Shown here piece after piece: positions 9,125-15,465 of a stretch of 56,024 nt of DNA. The stretch covers positions 1 through 56,024 of the IMG/VR virus record IMGVR_UViG_3300045988_135919. One strand, given 5' to 3'. Every line of letters begins with the position of its first letter. Positions within the stretch are counted from its first letter, which is position 1. The position numbers and the translations under genes were made by a program. The notes below the pieces were generated by a model, which searched no databases, had not been told where the DNA came from, and was given only the letters and a program-made list of their open reading frames with translations. The stretch comes from a virus.

Positions 9125-9568
9125 ATGAAAATTTTATTTAATTTAGAGCAATATACTCCTGTAGATGCAGGAGAAAGAGTATTAGTTATAAAGGATGCGA
9201 AATGTGTTCCAAGTGGAAAACCAACTAAGATTGAACTTATATTTGAAGATATTAAAACAAAAAGAACATTAAAGAGTAGTTATAGTTTTTCTACAGAAGG
9301 AGCTATGAGAGCGTTTGGTTTCTTATGCAGAACAGCATTAAATGTTCCAGATATGGGAGAATTTGATACCAATACTGATACACAAAAATTAATTGGTGTT
9401 AAATTAGTATGTGAGGTAGTACATACCGAAGGTACACAACCAAGAGAAGATGGTACATTCCCAATATTTGCAAACATCAGCAAGGTATTAAGTAGATATG
9501 AAGAAGGTTATGAGGCATCTACTGCGGCAAGCCCTAGAAATTCTATTCCAACTGGCGACTTAGACTAA
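9125..9568 (+). CDS. Putative ssDNA-binding accessory protein (DUF669-like)
   Basis: 147 aa. The sequence pattern resembles DUF669 proteins that accompany ERF/RecT modules. Acidic C-terminus GDLD. Last gene before terminator 9586-9610. Confidence 0.4.
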   Translation: MKILFNLEQYTPVDAGERVLVIKDAKCVPSGKPTKIELIFEDIKTKRTLKSSYSFSTEGAMRAFGFLCRTALNVPDMGEFDTNTDTQKLIGVKLVCEVVHTEGTQPREDGTFPIFANISKVLSRYEEGYEASTAASPRNSIPTGDLD

Positions 9569-9585
9569 TATATTACTAACAAATC

Positions 9586-9610
9586 ACACACGAGAAATCG
9601 TGTGTTTTTT
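9586..9610 (+). terminator. Rho-independent terminator
   Basis: ACACACG-agaaat-CGTGTGT followed by T6. Confidence 0.8.
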
Positions 9611-9668
9611 CGTATAATTAAGTTAGAAAAAGATATAAAACGGTACACTTTCTTTTTCCAATGGAGAT

Positions 9669-9908
9669 GTGATATATATGAATGAAGATTATGAAAATGT
9701 AAAAAGTTATCTACTTCGTTCTATTTATAGCATCTCTATTTTTAATTGTAAAAAATTAGATATTACGGACAAAGAACTTTTAAGTCTTGTTAATAATCTA
9801 GTTAAGTATATAACAGATAAATGGGAGGATGATGTGGAATGTATAATCCATACAACAATCAATATTACGGACAACCTATTGGACAACCAAGATACACACA
9901 ACCAATAG
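9669..9908 (+). CDS. Hypothetical protein (weak call)
   Basis: 79 aa with a GTG/ATG start. Its 70-nt 3' overlap with the better-supported 9839 ORF lowers confidence. Confidence 0.3.
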   Translation: MIYMNEDYENVKSYLLRSIYSISIFNCKKLDITDKELLSLVNNLVKYITDKWEDDVECIIHTTINITDNLLDNQDTHNQ

Positions 9909-10240
9909 AACCACAACCAATTATCCCAAAACCAATGGGATTAAATGGTAAAGTAGTGGATTCAATCGAAACTGTAAAAGGAATGGATATAAATTTAGAT
10001 GGTAGTGTTAGCTATTTTCCATTAGCAGACGGAAGTAAAATTGTGACAAAACAATTAAATGTTGATGGTACCAGCAAAATAGTTGTCTACACGCAAACTA
10101 AAGAAGAGAATAAAGAGATTAAATATGTAACGAGTGATGAACTCGATAAAGCCATAAAAAAGATTGACTTGTCGGATATTAAAGATGATATAAAGTCGTT
10201 GAAGAAACAAGTTAAAGAGTTGAGGGATACTGATGAATAA
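9839..10240 (+). CDS. Accessory protein with Y/P/Q-rich N-terminus
   Basis: 133 aa. MYNPYNNQYYGQPIGQPRYTQPIEPQP, then a globular part and a coiled-coil tail. GGAGG upstream. Confidence 0.55.
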   Translation: MYNPYNNQYYGQPIGQPRYTQPIEPQPIIPKPMGLNGKVVDSIETVKGMDINLDGSVSYFPLADGSKIVTKQLNVDGTSKIVVYTQTKEENKEIKYVTSDELDKAIKKIDLSDIKDDIKSLKKQVKELRDTDE

Positions 10241-10460
10241 CCCAATAAATATGATAAAACTGATGATGGGAAAAATGTCGCCAAAAGATATGGCAATGTC
10301 AATGCTTAAAGATAACTCTAATCCGGTATGTTCAAATCTCATCAATATGATGGAAAAGAACGATGAAAAAGGTATTGAAGAGTTTGCCAGAAACATTTGT
10401 AAAGAAAAAGGAATTGATTTCGATAAAGATTTTCCTAATTTCATGAATAATTTTAAATAG
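10233..10460 (+). CDS. Small Met/Asn-rich accessory protein
   Basis: 75 aa. Start overlaps the upstream stop. Confidence 0.5.
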   Translation: MNNPINMIKLMMGKMSPKDMAMSMLKDNSNPVCSNLINMMEKNDEKGIEEFARNICKEKGIDFDKDFPNFMNNFK

Positions 10461-10530
10461 GTATCTACTATTTTGGTGTAACCACCTAAATGGTTTGATA
10501 TATAAAAAGAATAAGAAAGGAGGGAAATAA

Positions 10531-11364
10531 ATGAGAGATACAGGTTTATCTGCATCAGATGTTGCTTTATTAAGTGGAAACACTGGTAGAAATAATGATG
10601 GCTTTGGTGGAGATGGATGGGCAAGTTGGATTGTCATATTTTTGATTTTCGCTTTCTTCGGTTTTGGTAACAGAGGATGGGGAAATGGCGGAAACGGTTC
10701 TACAGGAAGTGGTGCATTAGACAATTATGTTCTAGCGTCAGACTTCGCTACTTTACAAAGACAACTTAGTGATAATTTCTCTAACCTAACATCACAGGCA
10801 AGATATATTCAAAATGGTATTTGCGATAGTGCATATTCAACCGCACAATTGATTAATGGTGTTAATACAAACATTGCTGGTTCAACAGCAGCACTTCAAA
10901 ACAGTTTATGTCAAGGATTTAATAGCGTTAACCAAGGTATCGTAACTAATGGTTATGAAACTAGAAATGCTATAAGTGATGTTGGTTATAGATTACAAGA
11001 CTGCTGCTGCCAAACACAACGTGCTATTGATGGTGTAAACTTCAATATGGCTCAAAACACTTGTGCTATAACTACTGGTGCTAATAACAACGCTAGGGAT
11101 ATAATTGATGCTATCAATGCTTCATACAACAATTTACACAACGAAATAGTTGCAAATAGAATTGAAGACAAGAACGCTCAAATAACTGCTCAACAAAATG
11201 AAATTAATGCGTTAAGATTATCTGCTAGTCAGGCTGCACAGAATAGTTTCTTAATTGACCAATTAAAACCATGTGCTTCTCCAGCATATATTGTTCCAAA
11301 TCCAAATTGTTGCTATAATTCTTATAACTTAACAAGTGGATGCAATGGTTGTGGAAGTTATTAA
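10531..11364 (+). CDS. Gly-rich / single-TM / Cys-rich coiled-coil accessory protein
   Basis: 277 aa. GFGGDGWASWIVIFLIFAFFGFGNRGWGNGGNG (TM flanked by Gly runs). CCC triplet. C-terminal CCYNSYNLTSGCNGCGSY. AAGGAGGG RBS. Confidence 0.7.
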   Translation: MRDTGLSASDVALLSGNTGRNNDGFGGDGWASWIVIFLIFAFFGFGNRGWGNGGNGSTGSGALDNYVLASDFATLQRQLSDNFSNLTSQARYIQNGICDSAYSTAQLINGVNTNIAGSTAALQNSLCQGFNSVNQGIVTNGYETRNAISDVGYRLQDCCCQTQRAIDGVNFNMAQNTCAITTGANNNARDIIDAINASYNNLHNEIVANRIEDKNAQITAQQNEINALRLSASQAAQNSFLIDQLKPCASPAYIVPNPNCCYNSYNLTSGCNGCGSY

Positions 11365-11367
11365 TGC

Positions 11368-11453
11368 GTAACCCTATTTAGGAAACTCGATTACGAGAAC
11401 ACGCGATTTTCCTTTTAAAAGGAAATCAAAGATAGGGTAACACCTATCTTTTT
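11368..11453 (+). promoter_or_regulatory. Riboswitch/attenuator-like leader with mutually exclusive P1 and terminator helices
   Basis: ACCCTAT (11371-77) can pair with ATAGGGT (11432-38). The same ATAGG is the 5' arm of terminator AGATAGG-gtaaca-CCTATCT+T5 (11430-11453). Internal hairpins: CTCG-atta-CGAG and TTCCTTTT/AAAAGGAA. Confidence 0.4.
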
Positions 11454-11513
11454 AAAGTGGTCGAATTCGACCAGATTACAAAAATGTGATTTATAAAAAA
11501 TATAAAGAAAGGA

Positions 11514-11969
11514 ATGATAAAAGTGATACAAAGCATGATAAACGACATAACACTATTGTCAAGTAACTCCGCTCCTATTAATTTTGTTAGAGATTGTATA
11601 AGAACAAGAAGTACTTATAATTGGTTATGTAGAAACACTGGTGGTCCACTTTATAAAATAAAACAAGGTGGAAATTATAAAGTAACATTTAATGCAAACG
11701 TTACAAGTACAGCAACAGGTGTTGTTGCTCTAGGTCTATATGCTGATGGGGTATTATTACCAGGTACAACTGTTATAGCTGATATAGCAACAGCCGGTTC
11801 TTATTATAATGTATCTTTTGATAAAATAGTGCCAATATGCTGTGGCACATCAACAACATTAACAGTAGCCTCTGTTCCTAGTGTATTAACTGGTGCAACA
11901 CCAGCAGCTACTGTAACACAAGTACCAACTATTCAAAATGCAAATTTAACGATAACACGTTTGTCATAG
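11514..11969 (+). CDS. BclA C-terminal-domain-like (C1q/TNF jelly-roll-like) protein, no collagen repeats
   Basis: NYKVTFNANVTSTATGVVALGLYADGVLLPGT...NANLTITRL resembles the BclA CTD pattern FYKITVIANTA...IQVNGVPVPGT. The start is ambiguous (ATG 11514, GTG 11523). Confidence 0.5.
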   Translation: MIKVIQSMINDITLLSSNSAPINFVRDCIRTRSTYNWLCRNTGGPLYKIKQGGNYKVTFNANVTSTATGVVALGLYADGVLLPGTTVIADIATAGSYYNVSFDKIVPICCGTSTTLTVASVPSVLTGATPAATVTQVPTIQNANLTITRLS

Positions 11970-11979
11970 GTGATTCAAT

Positions 11980-12432
11980 ATGGAAGAAAAAGAATTAACT
12001 ACAACAGAAAGCATAAAATCAGAAGTTGAAAAAATACTCGGTGATATATCAAATGAAGGTATTAATAGAGATAATGTTGACTATGTTTATAAACTTGTTG
12101 ACGTTCATAAAGATTTGGAGCAAGAAAATTATTGGGAGGTGAAAAAAATGTATTACGGAAATTATAGAAGAGATGACTACGATGATATGAGCTATGGACG
12201 TAGAAGAAGAGATTCGAGAGGACGTTATAAAGGTCATGATATGATTGAGGATATGAGAGAAAACTACGACCGTTATAGCGAAAATCGTAGATATGGTGGA
12301 AAAGATACATCAGAATCTTTAGAGTATATGCTAGAGAGCATTGTATGTTTCGTTGAAATGCTTGAAGAAGATGCTTCTGAACAAGACATTAATCTTATTA
12401 GAAAATATACAAGAAGAATAGCTGAGATGTAA
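11980..12432 (+). CDS. Hypothetical protein with R/D/Y-rich low-complexity centre
   Basis: 150 aa. YYGNYRRDDYDDMSYGRRRRDSRGRYKG. Confidence 0.55.
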   Translation: MEEKELTTTESIKSEVEKILGDISNEGINRDNVDYVYKLVDVHKDLEQENYWEVKKMYYGNYRRDDYDDMSYGRRRRDSRGRYKGHDMIEDMRENYDRYSENRRYGGKDTSESLEYMLESIVCFVEMLEEDASEQDINLIRKYTRRIAEM

Positions 12433-12433
12433 T

Positions 12434-12793
12434 ATGTTTGAATATTATAATGCAAATCCATTAAACAATGATATTTCTGATTGTTTTATTAGAGCAACGT
12501 CTTTAGCTGAGGGTTTATCTTGGCGACAATGTCAAGAGAAACTAAGTAGACTCGCAAGAGAACAAGGTGAAATGTTAGACAATGTTGATTTTGTAGAAAA
12601 CTATCTTGACGATAGGTATCCTAGACAATGTCATTATTCTAAAACAGTTGGTGAGTTTATAGATGAACATCCATGGGGCACATATCTTATTACAATGCCG
12701 GATCATATTACATGTGTGATAGATGGTGTTTGTTATGACACTTTTAATTGTTTAGATAAAGTTATGCGTTGTGCTTGGAAAGTTAAAAAATAA
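12434..12793 (+). CDS. Hypothetical protein with spaced Cys...His...Asp (possible papain-like fold)
   Basis: 119 aa. NNDISDCFIRA...MPDHITCVIDGVCYDTF. The fold assignment is a guess. Confidence 0.45.
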   Translation: MFEYYNANPLNNDISDCFIRATSLAEGLSWRQCQEKLSRLAREQGEMLDNVDFVENYLDDRYPRQCHYSKTVGEFIDEHPWGTYLITMPDHITCVIDGVCYDTFNCLDKVMRCAWKVKK

Positions 12794-12817
12794 AGGTCTA
12801 ATAATTAGACCTTTTTA
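12792..12817. terminator. Terminator closing the accessory operon (possibly bidirectional)
   Basis: AAAGGTCTA-ataat-TAGACCTTT+TT. An A-run lies upstream. Confidence 0.75.
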
Positions 12818-12908
12818 AATGGCTTTATTTTACGTTTTAACGAACGAAATAGTTTTATAGTATATTTATACTACTTTCATATTAATCGTTCACCTAGATA
12901 TATAGGAA

Positions 12909-13151
12909 TTAGTCTAGTGAGGTATAATCCATTATCTTAGTAAATATCTTTCTCATATCGGTACTAATCTTCCATTCTGAGCAACCTAGTTTAAAACTAA
13001 TAGCTACTCTACTCATATCTTGATTGATACAAGTTAAAAGATTTGTTTCATATTCGTTTAGTCCAACCTCATTACAAAGTTTAATGAGATTAGGAAGGCA
13101 CATTGATTTTATTTGGTGTTTGATTTTTATAAAGTCTTGTTTGGTTAACAT
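12909..13151 (-). CDS. Mini HTH protein (sigma-70 region-4/LuxR-like)
   Basis: 80 aa. LNEYETNLLTCINQDMSRVAISFKLGCSEWKISTDMRKI. AGAGGTGG RBS. Confidence 0.5.
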   Translation of the reverse strand: MLTKQDFIKIKHQIKSMCLPNLIKLCNEVGLNEYETNLLTCINQDMSRVAISFKLGCSEWKISTDMRKIFTKIMDYTSLD

Positions 13152-13260
13152 ACGACCACCTCTTGTGTTAATTGTATTTGAAATTGATTATGATTAAGTG
13201 TTGCGTTCATTGGTGCTTTGTTGGGTGGTATTATAACACACTTAATAAATTGTAGTATAT

Positions 13261-13317
13261 GACAATATTTGTCCGATATGTCCAGACTGTCGTAGAAAGC
13301 AGTCCAAACTGTCGTAG
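13261..13317 (-). promoter_or_regulatory. Operator-like palindrome plus two 16-nt direct repeats upstream of gene 12909-13151
   Basis: GACAAtatTTGTC at 13261-13273. GTCCAGACTGTCGTAG at 13280-95 and GTCCAAACTGTCGTAG at 13302-17, with a 22-nt period. Confidence 0.5.
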
Positions 13318-13336
13318 GTATATAATAAAAAAAGAT

Positions 13337-13558
13337 TTAAAACATTAAATCTTTAACTTTATCAAATATATCGTGCTTTCTTCTTTGTATTGTTCTGGCA
13401 CTATATCCTATTTCATTTCCTATTTGAGAACTACTCATTCCTTTAACTAGCATGGATAATATTCGCTTTTCTTGTTTGTAATCATTTAATACATCACTGC
13501 ACATTAAATACTTATAAACGGGTTCTTTAAATTTGAATCTATATTCAAACGTTTTCAT
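13337..13558 (-). CDS. Mini HTH protein (sigma-70 region-4 / YlxM-like)
   Basis: 73 aa from ATG 13558 (GGAGGGGGAG RBS). QEKRILSMLVKGMSSSQIGNEIGYSARTIQRRKHDI. Confidence 0.6.
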   Translation of the reverse strand: MKTFEYRFKFKEPVYKYLMCSDVLNDYKQEKRILSMLVKGMSSSQIGNEIGYSARTIQRRKHDIFDKVKDLMF

Positions 13559-13580
13559 ACTCCCCCTCCTTTTTGCGAAT

Positions 13581-13609
13581 ATAATAACATTTATTGACAA
13601 ATTTGTCAA
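13581..13609 (-). promoter_or_regulatory. SigmaA-type promoter (TTGACA-17-TATTAT) with a 16-bp palindrome over the -35
   Basis: -35 at 13604-09, -10 at 13581-86. Perfect palindrome TTGACAAATTTGTCAA at 13594-13609. Confidence 0.65.
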
Positions 13610-13623
13610 GAAAATATTTTGAG

Positions 13624-13649
13624 AATAAAAAAGAGGGAGTTAAATCCCT
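13624..13649 (-). terminator. Rho-independent terminator ending the lysis cassette
   Basis: Minus strand reads AGGGA-tttaac-TCCCT followed by CTTTTTTATT. Confidence 0.6.
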
Positions 13650-13739
13650 TTTGCTTAGATTTGTAACGTAAAGTTATTTGTTACAGTTAAGCGTAATAAC
13701 TTTTCGATTATCAAGAATTATTACGCTCAAGCGTAATAA

Positions 13740-14099
13740 TTATTTATTGCTCAATTCTTTATACGAATCTCTGATTAGTTGACTCTCAACTGTAAAGAAG
13801 TTGTTATTAATACCTAACTCCTCAACAGCCTTCTCATATTCGTCCATGAACACAAATATTGCTTCATATTCGTGTCTTGTTTTAGGTATCCCTTTATGTA
13901 AATCACCTGCGAATGATACTACTTGATAACGCCATTCTTCCATATCAGCTCGTAGATTTGCTAATCTATGTTGTTCAATCTTTTCTTCAATCGGTTTTAA
14001 TTTCTTTGTAAAAGTTTTATTTACTATTCCTGTAAATATTCCAAGTATACTACTTAGGGTAACAACTAAACCGCCTATTTCTTGGATAGTATCAATCAT
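13740..14099 (-). CDS. N-terminally membrane-anchored protein, last gene of the lysis cassette
   Basis: 119 aa. TM segment GGLVVTLSSILGIFTGIV, then a charged helical domain. Confidence 0.55.
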   Translation of the reverse strand: MIDTIQEIGGLVVTLSSILGIFTGIVNKTFTKKLKPIEEKIEQHRLANLRADMEEWRYQVVSFAGDLHKGIPKTRHEYEAIFVFMDEYEKAVEELGINNNFFTVESQLIRDSYKELSNK

Positions 14100-14119
14100 T
14101 GTAGCTCTCCTTTTTATTC

Positions 14120-14911
14120 TTATTTAGACAACCATTTTTTGAATAGGTCAATTATTGCTCTAATTAATTTTTTAATAAAGTTTTCTGTTATCTCAGGTTC
14201 AGGAGTAGGTTCAGGTTCAGGTGTTGGAGTAGGTTCTGGAATTGGTTCTTCTTTCAATGGATGATATACAACACAATCACTAGCACCTGCTATCCACTTA
14301 CCTTCTTCTACTTCATACCAAGTGAATTCTCCATCCTCATAAGTAGATGTAATATTATAATAACCTTTTTTAGCAACACCAATTATTTCACTATTTGTGC
14401 TATGGTCTGTTCTAACTCTCATAGTATCATCCCAAGCGATTTCAACTTGATTAACTTTATCGTTTGTTTCGACAGGATTAGGAAGTTCTATTATAGTAAA
14501 TAAGTCCTTATCAACATATTCGGTAGGGTCTATTCTTACACCATCTTTTCTAACTTCAAAGTGAAGATGCCCACCGAAAGCTCGTCCTGAATTACCCATA
14601 TATCCTAATTCTTGACCTTTTGTTACATATTGTCCGTTACTAACATATAAACCTTTTTGCATATGTGCATATAATGTTTCATAACCTTTACCATGGTCTA
14701 GTTTAATACAGTTTCCGTAACTTGCATTACCTGTTGAGTTGGTATCATTGTTTAAACCATCTTGATGAAAAACAACTTTACCATCAGTATGTGCAACTAT
14801 CGTATCTAATGTATACCCAGGTCCAACTATATCGTTTGCTAAATGGGCATCGGAAAATCCTTGAGTTGTTTCACATTGACCACTCTTTAAAATTCTACAA
14901 CTTCTACTCAT
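14120..14911 (-). CDS. Endolysin: M23 (LytM-type) peptidase + SH3-like domain + PT-rich linker + cationic amphipathic C-terminal helix
   Basis: HTDGKV...DHG...YAHM...GNSGRAFGGHLHFEV (M23 metal/catalytic motifs). SH3-like VRTDHSTNSEIIGVAKKGYYNI...WYEVEEGKWIA. PEPTPTPEPEPTPEPE, then NFIKKLIRAIIDLFKKWLSK. Confidence 0.85.
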   Translation of the reverse strand: MSRSCRILKSGQCETTQGFSDAHLANDIVGPGYTLDTIVAHTDGKVVFHQDGLNNDTNSTGNASYGNCIKLDHGKGYETLYAHMQKGLYVSNGQYVTKGQELGYMGNSGRAFGGHLHFEVRKDGVRIDPTEYVDKDLFTIIELPNPVETNDKVNQVEIAWDDTMRVRTDHSTNSEIIGVAKKGYYNITSTYEDGEFTWYEVEEGKWIAGASDCVVYHPLKEEPIPEPTPTPEPEPTPEPEITENFIKKLIRAIIDLFKKWLSK

Positions 14912-14913
14912 CT

Positions 14914-15168
14914 CTATCCCTCTTTCTTTATCATTTTATTGATATTATTTAGGACGTCATATGCACCGCCAGCAAGCAAACCACTTAAAGCAATGGCTAC
15001 TTTAAAGTCTTTTGTAATTATCCATTCAATTATTGCTACAATTACACCGATTAAAATGTTTTGGATTGGTATTAAATTGTTTGATATAAACTTTGACTTC
15101 TTCGCAAATATGCCTAATATCCATGTTAAAATAATCGTTACTACTGTTATAATTTGTGTTAATTCCAT
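14914..15168 (-). CDS. Holin
   Basis: 84 aa with 2-3 TM segments and a charged C-terminus KMIKKEG. Sits immediately upstream of the endolysin. Confidence 0.75.
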   Translation of the reverse strand: MELTQIITVVTIILTWILGIFAKKSKFISNNLIPIQNILIGVIVAIIEWIITKDFKVAIALSGLLAGGAYDVLNNINKMIKKEG

Positions 15169-15198
15169 AAACTCACTCTCCTTTTTATTCTTAATTAC

Positions 15199-15227
15199 AT
15201 TATATCATAAAAAAAGAAAAAGGGCAA
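15199..15227 (-). promoter_or_regulatory. Promoter upstream of holin (TTGCCC-17-TGaTATAAT)
   Basis: -35 at 15222-27. Extended -10 at 15199-15207. Confidence 0.5.
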
Positions 15228-15232
15228 ATCGA

Positions 15233-15406
15233 CTACATTTTCTTATAGTCATATCCTTTTTCTTTTAGTCTTTTTAACATGCCACCAACAGTTCCCCTTG
15301 AATTTACACCAACGAGCTGAGCTATTCTTTTAATAGTAGGAACTTCTCCGTATTCGTTTTTATATTTTTCAATAACCTCAATATAAATATTTTGTATAAA
15401 AGTCAT
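15233..15406 (-). CDS. 57-aa LexA-N-terminal-like winged-HTH protein (no cleavage or peptidase domain)
   Basis: Below the ORF-track cutoff. MTFIQNIYIEVIEKYKNEYGEVPTIKRIAQLVGVNSRGTVGGMLKRLKEKGYDYKKM. This aligns by eye with B. subtilis LexA [52 protein letters not shown] RBS. Confidence 0.6.
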   Translation of the reverse strand: MTFIQNIYIEVIEKYKNEYGEVPTIKRIAQLVGVNSRGTVGGMLKRLKEKGYDYKKM

Positions 15407-15426
15407 GGTACACTCTCCTTTAATTT

Positions 15427-15455
15427 ATTATAAACGATAAAAGAAAAAAGAGCAA
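15427..15455 (-). promoter_or_regulatory. Promoter for the LexA-like gene (TTGCTC-17-TATAAT)
   Basis: -35 at 15450-55 lies inside the terminator 3' arm. -10 at 15427-32. Confidence 0.45.
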
Positions 15456-15465
15456 TAGCTCTTTT
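15436..15465 (-). terminator. Rho-independent terminator ending the structural operon
   Basis: Minus strand reads AAAGAGC-tatt-GCTCTTT followed by TTTCTTTTAT. Overlaps the fiber stop codon. Confidence 0.65.

Noticed and set aside
14082-14264. Plus-strand ORF encoding GSGVGSGSGVGVGSG
   Set aside because: It is the antisense reading of the endolysin PT-rich linker (PEPTPTPEPEP), a low-complexity mirror artefact.
14566-14580. Fifth TTTCGGTGGG match (minus strand) inside the endolysin gene
   Set aside because: It encodes the conserved AFGGHLHFE catalytic motif and is not followed by TTATAACT at 21-22 nt. It is a coincidental half-site.
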